A DNA stretch of 64,000 bases from the NCBI RefSeq assembly GCF_006345805.1, contig NC_043003.1:4402001-4466000 (forward strand), given 5' to 3'. Under the pieces are notes generated by a model. It saw nothing but the letters and a program-made list of their open reading frames with translations. It was not told the origin of the DNA and did no database searches. Position numbers and translations under genes: made by a program. This DNA comes from Octopus sinensis. Lineage: Eukaryota. This document shows positions 11,231 through 25,648 of this stretch, piece by piece (within the stretch, counting starts at the first letter, position 1; each line of letters starts with the position of its first letter).

Positions 11231-12488
11231 GTATAATATCAATTCCGCCTAATTTTCCATCTTCCAATGTTGTTAATGAAATAACGCACATAGTATGATT
11301 GAAAAAAGGGCGAGGTGGTCACGACTGGAATGCTTTTACTTATAGGGATGATCGACCAGAGCAGACGGAGACAAAAACAATAACAGCTACAACAACGACG
11401 ACAACAACATTGGATAATGCAATCCTAGATTCACTATTTTTGAATAAAATACGTGTGCCACGGTTTGAAGATTTTTGGTCAATGGAACTGTTAGAAGATT
11501 GACCTGGGGCTAAGAAATAACTGCCAAACATATCTTCATATCACTCAGCATTGTTTCTTCGTTATTTAGCCCCAAGTCAACCATCATCAAACAATATTGT
11601 CATTGAAGCCGCTCCATCAATGACCCTCACTTCTGTCACTCATAAAGTATCTAAGCTTACATTGTATAATGTATGCATTCATTTATTAAGACAGCCATGT
11701 GTGAGTTTATTTGGCTGCTATTTCTAGTTCATCTATCGACCATGTAAAGACCTCTTTGTAGTTTCCGCTTCCTTCATTTGTAGCTGACTTTGTAAATCGC
11801 CATCTTCGCACAATATCTCTTCCAGATACAAAATGGTCTCTGTTAAAAAGATGAACAAGTGTCCGGAAATTTATGATTTTTCAGATAAAATTCAATAAAC
11901 GTTTTTCTGTTTATTTTGTATTTCTTTCCAAATTTGCCTTCTTTTTTTTTATGGTTTTTATATTAATTTTATGCTTTCGTTGTTATTTCAGTGTTTGTTG
12001 TTTTTTTTTATAGTTTTTATTGCTTTCTCCGTTTGGTTTAAAACAAGTTTTAAATTTCAAATGCTCCAAAGAGAAATTTGGCGACAAACTTATTATCTAA
12101 TAGTTTGTATAGTATGTGTATTGTATATATGTATGCATGTATAATTTCGTACAAACTGTTTTCTGAAACACACACACACACACACACGCACGCACGCATA
12201 CACGCACGCATACACACGCTCATATATATGTGTGTATATGTAAGTGTTTGTGTATATATATATATGTATGTATGTATATATGTATATGTATATATACATA
12301 TATAAATGTGTGTATGTGTATGTATAAATACTTATGCATATGTATATAGACATACATGTGTGTCTGTGTGTGTATAAATATATGTGTGCGTACAAACACA
12401 CATATATATATATATATATATATATGTATACACACATACGTACAAACATACATGTATACACACATACGTTTAGACCATACATGTATAT

Positions 12489-12520
<32 letters not shown>

Positions 12521-12699
12521 CATACATACATGCATACATGATAGCGGCCACTCGTTATCGATTATGGCCATTGCACGAAGGTTAACTGTTATTGGTGCTG
12601 TGATCGAATGTGAATTTTAATTGCTTTTTAAGGCCAAAGCCAGCCATTCAGTTGAGACTCACAGCAGTATCAACAATCATAAACAATGTTGTTATCGTG

Positions 12700-12945
12700 C
12701 AATGCCTGTGCAAGAAGATTTTTTTTTAAGTGAGGAAAGGCTGTGCACTGAGTCAATCCCACTCAATAAGCAACAGCAGCCATAATCCGAAAAGAAGAAC
12801 AAGTCAACATCATCGGTAACCACTGAGCCGCAGGTTTTATGTCGGAGTTATCCCAGTTACCTGAGTTATCTTCTCCTAGAAGGATGCCCTAACAAAGGCT
12901 GGGAGTCCTTCACTCCCAATGGTTTAACCACGAGATCAGGTATTC
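12700..12945 (-). mobile_element. Possible RTE 5' UTR remnant
   Basis: ctaggagaagataactc...aactccgacataaaacctgc resembles RTE 5' UTRs as I recall them; not verified. Confidence 0.3.
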
Positions 12946-13037
12946 AGTCCGATTATTTCTATGTCCCCGTGCATGTCCCCCGCATGTCCCCCGCGCAAGC
13001 ATACATACATACATACATACATACATACATACATTCA

Positions 13038-13069
<32 letters not shown>

Positions 13070-13453
13070 CATACATGTATACATACATACATACATACAT
13101 ATACATACATACATACATACATACAATACATACATACATACATACATACATACATACATGCATGCATACATACATACATACATACATACATACATACATA
13201 CATACATACATACATACATGCATGCATACATATACATGTATATCATACCTTGCGAGACAGCCTCCTCCTCCTCAGCTCTCTGATGTCATAGCAAGTTTCT
13301 GCACTTCATGACTCTATTACACATTTCAGCAATGCCGAGCGTCATAGCGTCATTAATACTATTCAATCAATCAGTGACTAAATCAATTTATCAATCCATT
13401 AATCAAGACTCCATCCACCAGTCAATCAATTAATCACTCAATCTGTGTTTATC

Positions 13454-13454
<1 letters not shown>

Positions 13455-13539
<85 letters not shown>

Positions 13540-13565
13540 GTATGTCTGTCTGTCTGTCTGTCCAT

Positions 13566-13605
<40 letters not shown>

Positions 13606-13656
13606 AGATAAATTCTAAGAGAGAGAAAAAGAAATAGAGAGAGAGAGGAATGGATG

Positions 13657-13750
<94 letters not shown>
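13455..13750. repeat. (TATC)n, (GATA)n and (GA)n microsatellites; other (TATC)n arrays at 19900-20098 and 59688-59800
   Basis: Directly visible. Confidence 0.95.
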
Positions 13751-13755
<5 letters not shown>

Positions 13756-14355
13756 AAAGGGTAGAAGAAGTATTTCTGTACGAGTCTTTAATTTACAAAG
13801 TCAGTAAGTCCGTCGGTGAATGCTTTAAACTCAATACATTATTCTGCAAGCGCATTTACCATTTTTTTTCCTTTCATTTTCTTCCTCGGTTTAGATTCTT
13901 TCCTCTCACTGCCACCCTCGCTCCAACTTCCAAACATTTCTTCAGGAATTTCCTCCTCAACGACAGGTGTTAGCTACCGCCATTCTCCATCTTTCGGCTT
14001 TAAACTCTCACTACCGTTCACCCCACAGCAATAAATTAGAAATGCTATTAACCTAAAGTGCACCTTCCCACAGATATTGCCCGCTGAAAAGTGATCTATC
14101 TTAATCCGAGGAAGTTTGATGCTATCACTGACTGATCTTCTATAAAACGCACAGGGACCAACACTAATCCGAAGAATTGACGTAGAATATCAAAATATTT
14201 GCAAAGATTTCCGGGCGTTAAGGCTTGAAGATATTCCAAGTGTACACACACACACACACACACACACACAACACACACACACACCACACACACACACACA
14301 CTCATCATATATGCCCAGTTGATATGAAATCTTATAAATATTTTTAACACCTCAA

Positions 14356-14955
14356 GACGGCGAGCTGGCAGAAACGTTAGCACGCCGGGCGAAATGCTTA
14401 CCAGTATTTCGTCTGCTGCTACGTTCTGAGTTCAAATTCCGCCGAGGTCGACTTTGCCTTTCATCCTTTCGGGGTCGATTAAATAAGTACCAGTTACGCA
14501 CTGAGGTCAATATGCTCGACTTAATCCGTTTGTCTGTCCTTGTTTGTCCCCTATGTGTTTAGCCCCTTGTAGGTAGTAAAGAAATAGGTATTTCGTCTGC
14601 CGTTACGTTCTGAGTTCAAATTCCGCCGTGGCCGACTTTGCCTTTCATCCTTTCGGGGTCGATAGATTAAGTACCAGTTACGCACTGGGGTCGATGTAAT
14701 CGACTTAATCCTTGTTTGTCCCCTCTGTGTGTAGCACCTTGTGGGCAGTAAAGAAATAAGAATCGTTAGCAACCCGATCAAAATGCTGTTCAGCATTTCG
14801 CCCGGCTTTATGCTCCGAGTTCAAATTCAGCCGATGTCGACTTTGCGTTTCAGTTTTTCGGGGATCGATAAAATAAGTACCAGTCAAACACTGGGGTCGA
14901 TGAAATTGAGATTTCCACGCCCCCAAACTTACTGGCTTTGTGCTAAATTTTGAAA
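14356..14955 (+). mobile_element. SINE family A head-to-tail trimer
   Basis: Three consecutive cores, units about 14356-14587, 14588-14760 and 14761-14955. Confidence 0.85.
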
Positions 14956-15198
14956 ACAATATTTGAATACCTCATTGGATATGAGAGGTTTGATATTTTA
15001 CTTATAATTTTTAGCGTTCTGCGAGGAGTTTAGAATTTCGGTTCTCAGTCACAGAACTCTGGGTTCCATCTCTTTGCGTGACACCTTTTTTAAAATTATT
15101 CCTACGATAACCATGAATCGCAAATGAAATGAGAAATGGAGGAGCCATGTCTAACTGCAATTCGAAATTCCAACATTGTCATTATTATTCTTCACGAA

Positions 15199-15410
15199 GG
15201 CAGCGAGCTGGCAGAAACGTTAGCACGCCGGGCGAAATGCTTAGCCGTATTTCGTCTGCCGTTACGTTCTGAGTTCAAATTTCGCCGAGGTCGACCTTGC
15301 CTTTCATCCTTTCGGGGTCGATAAATTAAGTACCAGTTGCATACTGGAGTCGCTCTAATCGACGGCTCCCCTCCTCCTAAATTTCGGGCCTTGTGCCTAG
15401 AGTAGAAAAT
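15199..15410 (+). mobile_element. SINE family A, short-tail type
   Basis: 17-bp TSD tattattcttcacgaag at 15183-15199 and 15410-15426. Confidence 0.9.
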
Positions 15411-16009
15411 ATTATTCTTCACGAAGACAACCTCAGTGGCACGTGTGTCTCTAAGCTCGAACTAAAGTAATACCTGTGATTATATACGGTCAATACTGTT
15501 TAGATATTTTAGTTTGTTCGTTGCAATAAGCTGAACGTAATAACATTTAGAAATATACCTACATATATACATACCCAGCAATACACACACACGCACGCAG
15601 ATACATACACACATACACAAACAACACACACACATACACGCTCATACACACATACAACACACACTCAGACGCACACATACACTCACACATATACGCATAC
15701 ACTCACACATATACACATACACTCACACATATACACACACAGCACAACATGTATACACTCATGCACTCACATACGCCCATATACAGTCATACACACATAC
15801 GTACACACATACACAGACAGACATACACAGGCACACATACACACACGGGCACGCATACACATACAAAGAGATATACATTCACACACAGACACACACATAC
15901 ACACACACCGACATACATATATGCACATACACATACACACATACAGAAACATACAGAAACATACACAGACATACACACGCACGCACACAGACACACACAC
16001 ACATATACA

Positions 16010-16224
16010 TACTTTTACTCTTTTGCTTGTTTCAGTCATTAGAGTGTGGCCATACTGGGGCACCGCCTTGAAGTTCTTTTACTCGAACGAATCAACTCCA
16101 GCATTGTTTTTAAGCCCGGTACTTATTCAAGCGATCGCTTTTGCCGAACAGTTATTTTTTTTTGTGGTCGTAAACAAACCAACACTGGCTTTCAAATGGT
16201 AGGGTTGGGAGAAACACAGAACAC

Positions 16225-16287
<63 letters not shown>

Positions 16288-16392
16288 AGCGTATTTAGAG
16301 GACACTTGCTCTTGGTGCCTTTGCGTAGTGGGATTGAACCCGGCACCTCACGATGACAAATGAACTTCTTAACCACACAGCCATGGCTATGC
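16010..16392 (-). mobile_element. Diverged SINE family B
   Basis: Tail (gtttcagtca...ggccatactggggcaccgcc) and head (gattgaacccgg...accacacagcca) are recognisable. Confidence 0.6.
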
Positions 16393-17145
16393 TTATATTT
16401 GAAGCAAAGCTTTCCATCACAGATTTTAAAGTCCCGTGTTAAACACCCAACTCACAAAACTATAAGTCATCAAAACCTTTTTTAATTTTTGACTAATAAA
16501 ACAGAAATTAATTGCATCCCACAGAGCGAATATTTTTACAAGAAATGTGGCTACGAAAGGGTCAAATTGAAAAGCAACATCTTGAAAAGCTTAAAATACT
16601 CTCTCCCTTTATATATTCATAGCATGGATTATATTTATAACACATTCGCTTCTGCGGCTCTCACGTTTATAAATAATAATAATAACAACTGCATGAGAAC
16701 ACTTTAGTCAATTAAATTTTTGTAATGAGATACATCCTCTCAATTTTCAATGTAGATTATTATTTCTTTTACTGATGTATTCTTTAGTTTTACTTTAAAG
16801 AATCCATTTTGTAAATTATGTCTCTATATTACATATTACAAACTTTCCAGATTAGTTAGGTGTACAATATCCATACTTAATGTCATTTATACTTTGTTCC
16901 TAAAATTACATCATTATGTCGCCATTTTAAATATCATGTATGTTGTTACATAATTGCTATTTTATTGGCATCTTACGTAGTCTGGATTAAACTGTTGACC
17001 TTGATTCAAGTATGTCTCAGGGAAGGTTTCTCATTGTAAAAAAATATACGAATGAACATCGTCTACTGATAAAATGGAGAAGTTTCTTTGCAACTTTCAT
17101 CTCCACAACGCCCTAATCTCAGTCTGTTTTTATGCTACAGAAGCA

Positions 17146-17290
17146 GAGGCGGCTGAGTGATTAAAGAACTTGTTTTGCAGTCAAGTGGTTTCGGGTTCGG
17201 CTCCTCTGCACGGTATCACGGGCAAGTGTCTTCTATTATAACCTCGAGTTGACCAATGCTGCTTAGAATTTGGTACACAAAAAATATGTG
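17146..17290 (+). mobile_element. Diverged SINE family B 5' part
   Basis: gggttcggctcc...gggcaagtgtcttctattata. Confidence 0.55.
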
Positions 17291-17339
17291 GAAATTTATG
17301 ATATATATGTGTGCGTATGTGTGTGTGTGTGTATGTATG

Positions 17340-18110
17340 TATTCTTTTCTGCGTTTCAGCCCCAAAGCTAAGGCCATACTGGAGCAACGCTAGTATTATC
17401 ACTTTTTCGATGGCCATTCTTTTCTGAGTGACTTTTGTTGAAGGAGGGAGTTCGATAATATTGCCCTCCTTTGAGTTTCTTACTGCGATGTATGTTCATC
17501 AGGGACCTTGGACAGCAAAGAGTTAAGTTGTTTTTTGAAAACATCTACCACTACATCACGTAGATGTCTCATGCTTTGGCAAGAGAACAAATAGCCGTGG
17601 GCTTTTGGATCCCAAGATATTACAGTCCGTACTTCTCATTCTAGATGGGATGGATGGGACCTTTAGAACAGTGTAATGACGTCTGGTTTGGGGGCTGGTA
17701 TAGCACTTGCTGCCAACTCCTTGAGGACCTTCCATACGTACATCACTGCATAAATTTCCCTTCTTCACTCCAGGGAGTAAAGTCGCAGCACTTCACTCCC
17801 TCCCGGAAGTTCAGCTGTTCAATTAATGCAAACCTCCTGGTGTAGCACCACTAAACTGCTTCAAGTCTCCCGCTCTTAATTTGATACTGAGGGGTGACCA
17901 CAGTTGAGAGCAGTAGTCCAGATGACTGAGGACAAAGGTCCTCCATACAACCGGCAAAATTTCCTTGTTCCTTATTCTGAAAGTTCTTAGAATCCATCCG
18001 GCCATTCACCTGTGCACTGCCACCATCTTGGTAATATCTACATATAGCTAGGAGGCATTGTTGCTCGTATCAATCCACAGATCCCTCACTGCTCTTCACT
18101 CTGGGATTGC
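17340..18110 (-). mobile_element. Decayed CR1/L2-like LINE 3' end
   Basis: AGWILRTF...VLSHLDYCSQLWSP, with a probable 3' hairpin tail at 17345-17390. Confidence 0.75.
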
Positions 18111-18309
18111 TGATCCTCTTGGTCCAAAGTATCTTTGTAGCGGCATGGCTGTGTGCATGTCTGTGTGTGTGTATGTGTGTGTGCGTATCTGTGTGTGTGT
18201 ATGTGCGTGTGTGCATGTGTTTGCGTGCATGTGTTTGTGTGCACGCGTACGTATGTGTGTGTGCGTGCGTGTACGTGCGCGCGTTTTGTTGTTCCTTACC
18301 ATCATTTAG

Positions 18310-18475
18310 GAACCGATGTGGGTTTGTTTACGGCCCCAGTCCGATAGAATGCGTACCAGGATTTGAAAAAAAAAAAAAAAAACGTACGGTGGTCGATTTG
18401 TTCGAGTTAAGCCTCCAACGTGCTGCACCAGTATGGCCTCAGTCAAATGAAACAAGTAGAATAGAAAATGATAGT
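18310..18475 (+). mobile_element. Diverged SINE family B 3' part
   Basis: gtcgatttgttcgag...ccagtatggcctcagtcaaatgaaacaagtag. Confidence 0.55.
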
Positions 18476-18810
18476 TGCGTAGGTCTGAGCAATGATAATG
18501 GGGAAACGGTCCGTGCCATTTCCCCATGTCGCTTCTATTTTGTACAAACGTTCTCGTGTTTAATATTTGTCATCTTTCCGTCCAATATTTGTGTGGAACA
18601 TGGGAGAAGAGAACGTGAAGACTGGTTTGTTTGAGTTGAACGTCCCTTCCGTCAGTTCTAAATGAAAAAATACATTCCATATTTGGTGCCTTATGTGGAA
18701 TAAATGTGTTTTTTTAACTGCTATAACGACACTTGAATTGATATTATTGCAAATAGACAGATAACGTTCCATCCATCCCACTTCTGACAGATAACGTTAA
18801 ATGTCTTTTA

Positions 18811-18973
18811 GGCGTAGGAGTGGCTGTGTGGTAAGTAACTTGCTTACCAACCACATGGTACCAGGTTCAGACCCACTGCGTGGCACCTTGGGCAAGTGTC
18901 TTCTACTATAGCCTCGGGACGACCAAAGCCTTGTGAGTGGATTTGGTAGAGGGAAACAGAAAGAAGCCCGTCG

Positions 18974-19054
<81 letters not shown>

Positions 19055-19190
19055 GTGTGTGTATGTTTGTGTGTCTGTGTTTGTCTCCCCCAACATCGCT
19101 TGACAACCGATGCTGGTGTGTTTACGTCCCCGTAACTTAGCGGTTCGGCAAAAGAGACCGATAGAACAAGTACTAGGCTTACAAAGAATA
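18811..19190 (+). mobile_element. SINE family B, 3'-truncated
   Basis: Colinear with 7291-7610. Confidence 0.9.
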
Positions 19191-19899
19191 TCTTTATGTG
19201 TGTATATATGCGCATATATGCAAATATATATATGCATCAATGTATGTATATGTATTTGTTTGTGTGCGTGTGTGTAAAGTCTTTTACACACACTCTTGTT
19301 TGTATTGTTCTAAAGCCCCATTTTGCTGTCTTGTCTTACATAAAAGTACCCATACTCCATAACAACAAACCAAGACCGGTTTCTTTCTTTCTTTCATTTG
19401 TTTCTGTCTTTTTCTGTCTTTCTTTCTCTTCCTTTCTTTCTTTCAGTACACATCTTCAAATGAAGATGGCAAATCTTTTGCTCCATTCTGTCCAGATACC
19501 ACTTTGAAACACAATCCCAACACAATCCTCTGTTTACATACAATTATATTCGTTTCACTAAACAACAAGAAAAATGCATTTATCATATTTGTCTCCAAGT
19601 ATTTTAGCGAATCCTGACATGCCATGAAAGTCTTCGAGGGTATATTTTTCATAGAATATGTTCTGCCTGGAACAATGAGGCACTCTGAAGTTCATCAAGC
19701 TCCACAGCAACAATAGTACGGTTAGATCCTGTTAAGGTTCTGTAACCAAATACTCGTGATGTTGCGTCTACAGACAAGGAGACCCGTCCTTGAGTATCTC
19801 GCATCTATGTGTAAAATGCGAAAACACATCATCACTAACAACGATATTCAGTACACATGAGGCTTACTTACAAATTGACACTTAAATTACTCGTATAAG

Positions 19900-19969
<70 letters not shown>

Positions 19970-20004
19970 GCTAGCTAGCTAGCTAGCTAGCTATCTATCT
20001 ATCC

Positions 20005-20098
<94 letters not shown>

Positions 20099-20268
20099 AT
20101 ATATATATATATATTCTACCAAATATATACGTTTTTATTATTATTTTGCAAGTTACTTAATCATCGGTATTTTATTGTTATTTCATTTTTAATATTTCTA
20201 TTGTATGTAATTTTCTAGGTGGTGTAATTTAATTGTTCATTTTGAATTGATAAAAGGAGGTTAGATAG

Positions 20269-20308
<40 letters not shown>

Positions 20309-20822
20309 TATATATTATATATATATATATTATATATATATATATGTATCTATTTATCTACGCGTATACGTATATAAATATATATCTGTATACAAATATA
20401 TACACACATATTTATATATGTATATACACGCACATATACATACCAACCGATCAACGGGCCGATTGATTAAACCAAGCAATGACGAATTTTTAACGACTAC
20501 TGGAAACAGCTGTAAGTCAAACTTAGTACGATAACAAAAAAAAAAAGAAAATGCAATGGCCATTATTTATGTCTTGCATTGTTTGTCAAGTGTGTCAAAA
20601 AACCATTATAAGTGAAAGACAAGCATGGATTTACAATACAGAATGGAGATGACCTAAGACCTCGGACTCTGCAACAAGGGTGCGCAGAGGTCTTTGTTAA
20701 CCTAAACTATATAATTAGCCTGGTGTACTAACAGAGAACTTATAGAGTATTGTGCTCGGATTGACAATTCCACAGCATCTATGTATCAATCTATCTACCT
20801 ATCTACCTGTCTATCTATCTAT

Positions 20823-21925
20823 GGCACCGCGAGTGTCGCGTTGCTCTCAAGCAGCTCTGCCGTCCCGGGTCGACCTTGAGTGACTTCAACACAACCAAAG
20901 CATTCTATAGGGGATTAGTGGAGGGGTGGTACGACGACGATCTCGGGGCAAACCTGGGCGTCGACGAGGAATACCTGACCCGCCTGTTTCAAACGACTTT
21001 CGGCCCGGGACCTATGGACAACTTCCAGAGATTCCTGGCCTGGCGGTGCTACCGAGAAGCGCTACCCGTTCGGGATAAGCTCTATAGGCATGGCTCGAGA
21101 AACACGGGGCCGACCTGCCCGAGATGCGGGCAGAGCGACGAAACCGCTCTCCACGCAATCGTGCAGTGTCCAGCAATTTCCGACCTGTGGGCTTATGCCG
21201 AACGACTGCTGTCACGTGTGGGACGTGTCGGTTTATCAGCCGAGTCTATCGTTAATATCGTCACTCCTCCTTCTTTCAAACGGGAAGGAAGAGCTATTTT
21301 TATCATACTTGTGGCTATGGCGAAAGAATGTATCTGGTAGACGCGCCTGAAAGGATTAGAGACAAACACTTTCCTCTCTGGTCAATCCCTCATCAACTTC
21401 TTCAAGTATCACTTGAAGAGGAAAGTGAGAGTAGAGAGGCACGTTTTGTCTAGTGAATGTTTTAAAAAAAGATGGGTGAATGTAGCAAGGATGACACGTA
21501 TGAATGACGAAGCTACCTTGACTATGATTCTATGAACCGTAAAAATTAATACAGAGAGTTGCTTATTTGCAAAAAAAAAATAAAAGAAAGAAATATAACA
21601 TTTGACTTCATTGACCGAGGTTACCGCGGTCTTTTCCGTAGGCTTTTCTTTCCACGGGTAAACCTCACCTGTCCTCCCCTTTACACTTCATATTGACATT
21701 TCTGTGATTACGATCCCTATTGATCAACTTTTTTTCCTCTCCCCTTTTCTTTTTTTTTCCCTCTCCCTCCTTTTTTTTTAAATCCTTCCCTTTTTTGTCC
21801 TCTTTCTTTCCTTTTACGATCCCTTTTGATCGAAAACCAACCCCCTTTTTTTATCCCCAAAAGAAAAGCTCTACCTTGTAATTTGTTCTGTCTGTGTGCA
21901 GCCCTGTGTGGCTAATACAGAAACA
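20823..21925 (+). mobile_element. Tx1/L1-clade LINE, 5'-truncated, with ORF2 C-terminus and 3' UTR
   Basis: WRCYREALPV...CPRCGQSDETALHAIVQCP (CCHC zinc finger of L1/Tx1 ORF2). One in-frame stop after AKECIW, T-rich UTR, (TATC)n on both flanks. Confidence 0.85.
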
Positions 21926-22004
<79 letters not shown>

Positions 22005-22506
22005 TATATGTATAAACAAGAAGGGTAGTAATATTATTTACTACCAGGTGCTCAGCACAAAAGACGAATTAGTCATAAGACAAAAATATTAGTCATAAGA
22101 CAAAAATATTAATCAACATACATACATAATTATATATATACATACACAAGCGCACGCGCGCACACACACACACATATATATATATATGCATGTATAGATA
22201 TGTGTGTGTCTGATGAAATGGCATCAAATATATCAAAATAGGAAAAAACGTAATGAGGAAAGAGAATACAATATCCACCCTTTTAAAAGCGAGTGCACCT
22301 ACAGGAAACATGATCAGATGAGAAAATATGGTTCCTGGAAGAAAATTAACCAATATTTATAAAATATTTAATTAAAATATTATTCAGTAATGTATGGTAA
22401 AATGATGCCAAGTGAAGAGTTTGGTCTTGCACTGTTTGGTTTGGAATGAAATGTGTACCGACGACCGTACCTATGCTGTTTAAATGATATTATTTATAAT
22501 GTTTAA

Positions 22507-22832
22507 GGCGGTGAGCTGGCGGAAGCGTTAGCACGCCGGGCGAAATGCGTAGCCGTATTTCGTCTGCCGTTACGTTCTGAGTTCAAATTCCGCCGAGGTC
22601 GACTTTGGCTTTCATACTTTCGAGATCGATAAATTAAGGACCAGTTACGCACTGGGGTCGATATAATCGACTTAATCCCTTTGTCTGTCCTTGTTTTTCC
22701 TCTCTGTGTTTAGCCCCTTGTGGGTAGTAAAGATATCGGTATTTCGTTTGTCTAACCAGTTGTGTACTGGAGTCGGTGTAATCGACTGCCCCTCCCACCA
22801 AAATTTCGGGCCTTGTACCTAGAGTAGAAAAG
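22507..22832 (+). mobile_element. SINE family A dimer, second unit internally deleted
   Basis: Long-tail unit followed by ggtatttcgt and a short-tail 3' end. Confidence 0.85.
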
Positions 22833-23097
22833 TCTATTTATTATATTTAATATAACGATAGCAGTACCGTCTTTCTGACAGATTTGCCCCAGAAACTAGT
22901 GTAAAGTAGAAAAAAGTGTTTATGGTAATTGTGGAAAGCAAAAGATCCCTTTTAAAGTGTAGCTTTGCATGTATCAACGTTATGGGTGAGTGTGTGCAGA
23001 CATGTGTGTGTGTTTTGTGTCCATGAATTTATATGGATATATATACATACACATATATAATGAAATAGTTACTAAGAAGCATTATGTAGAATATATT

Positions 23098-23654
23098 GTA
23101 TAAAGAATCGTGGGTAAGGCAAGAACAATGCGAAGTAAATGCAAGGCGAATCACAAGAAAACAAATATATGAACTAATGTAGACTTATCTTGCATAACTC
23201 CCAAATATTGAATACAAGGTTGCTGAGACCGCTTCGGTCATGACTGACCATGGGATTGCACCTAAGAAGTTACCCTTCCAGGCACAAGTCCGGGCAAAGC
23301 TGTTTATGGAAGACTAGCATTCGCCCATGCATACCGGCCTCCCCTCTCCACGCCACCGATGTTATCCAAGGGAAAGGCAAAGGGGCCGATACAGCTTGGC
23401 ACCTGTGACGTCGCAACTCATTTCTACAACTGAGTGAACTGGAGCAACATGAAATAAAGTGTCTTGCTCAAGAATACAACACGCAGCCCGGCCCGGGATT
23501 CGAGCTCACAACCTCACGATTGTATGATCGACGCTCTAACCACTGAGCCATGCGCCTTCACAAAATAAGTCTACGTTAATTCACATATTTGTTTTCTTGT
23601 GATTTACCTTGCATTTACTTCGCATTGTTTTGGCCTTACCCACAATCTTTATAC
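23098..23654. repeat. Inverted repeat with arms of about 95 bp (23098-23192 / 23561-23654)
   Basis: gtataaag..gtgggtaaggc...gtagactta and its reverse complement, roughly 90% identical by eye. Confidence 0.85.
23225..23557 (-). mobile_element. SINE family D, full length
   Basis: tRNA-like head ggcgcatggctcagtggttagagcg...gctcgaatccc. Second copy at 49762-50085. Confidence 0.9.
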
Positions 23655-25055
23655 AAAATACCTATACACACACACACACACCCACGCACACATACAAATA
23701 CAGAGAAACACACATACACACATAGATAAATAGATAGATAGATAGATAGATAGTAACGACAGTTGTGGTATTGATATCAAACGTTGATCTTGGTCTCCAG
23801 CGTAAAGTGGGTGTTGTGTTGGAACATAGAATACTGCATTATACCCTGAGAGAATCTCTCGTAAGGACTCATGGTGCATAAAAACACTTGTAACTATATC
23901 GTTGGCAGACGAGAATCGTCTCATAACAGCTTTCAGAACTGCGAGGCCCTGTTATTCACACGCACACACACATATATATGTATGTATATATGTATATATA
24001 CTGTAAAAAATTATAAGGGTAAACAATCAGAATAAATTTTTTACCGGTGGTTAGCATGCGTAATAAGAATCAATAGACCACACATTTTCATATGTAATAG
24101 TGCATAAGAACACAGAGACGAGACACTTGCATGACGCCTTATATGCTAGAAAGAGTGGTGAAACTCAAGCCACGAAAAAAGTAATTCCAAAAGAGAATGA
24201 AAATAGAAATTATTTATAGTTAACCCCAAACTCGAGTTTCTGTATTAATGAACAAATAAATTAATTTGTCATCCGTACTTCGTCAGTGGGATCGCGAGGA
24301 CGATGCACAATTATGTAGCTTAATACGTACCGAAGTACACCTGTGAGCTGCATACATGTACATTATGGTTTCAAACCTATCTCTCACCCTCTCTCGCTCT
24401 CGCTTTCTCTCTCTTCCTTTACATGACCTATCGCGTCAAGTGTAGGGGGTCCGAGAAAGCGTCTCTGTTTGCTATTACATAGGCACCTAGAATAATGCAT
24501 TCTGTTCGATATGTGTTGCTAATTTACTCTCGCTTACGAGTGACGGCTAAACTTTAAGATACTTATAAGTAAGCGTCTCTTGATGTGTCTGTATGGAGGA
24601 CAGTATTTATATGTGTATGTGTGTGTATGTGTATGTATATTTTGCTCTCAACTGTATTGTTATAAACAACCTCATAAATATTACTTGAGAATCTAAACTG
24701 AAGCAAACAACTTTACACTACTTATTGCGAGTGAAGATCATGTTAGTGTTGTTATTGTATTTCACGATGATGATGATGAGGAGGAGGATGTTCATGATGA
24801 CGAGGATGATGATAGCCACGATATTATTGAAGATGATAAGATTGTTCAAAATATAACATCATGGCACCTATTGTTCTTCATACACATGCACGCGTCTGTA
24901 TATGGATAGATATATAGATGTAGGTATAATATATATACATGCATAATACGTATCTAACTTGTGTTTTCAGTTGTTTTTATTGATTTCACTATATATACCA
25001 TACACACAGAAACACAGAGGCACAATCACAGACAGACAGACACACACACACACAT

Positions 25056-25096
<41 letters not shown>

Positions 25097-25205
25097 TCTC
25101 TCCATGCATCCTCTTTACTGCGCACTATTTTTTTTTTATCTCTACATTTTCATTTGTTTGGTGTTCGGCGAATTCAAGGCCGAATGGATGCATCACGATA
25201 TGTTC

Positions 25206-25249
<44 letters not shown>

Positions 25250-25434
25250 GATATGTATGTGTGTGTGTGTGTGTGTGTGTGCGTGTGTGTGTGTGTATGT
25301 GTATGTATATATGTGTGTGTAATATATATATCGTTATGTATAACATTCTACCGAACAGTAACAAATTAATATATATGAAAGCATATATTTGAACGTATAT
25401 GCACATATCTGTGTATGCATGGATATATATATAT

Positions 25435-25470
<36 letters not shown>

Positions 25471-25583
25471 CCCACAAAGACACAATGTTCCAAATTTACA
25501 TAGAAGACACTTAGATACCAGCATGCATCCGTATCGCGGTGCGTATACGAATGCGTATATGTGTATATATCAGTGTATCCTGG

Positions 25584-25648
<65 letters not shown>

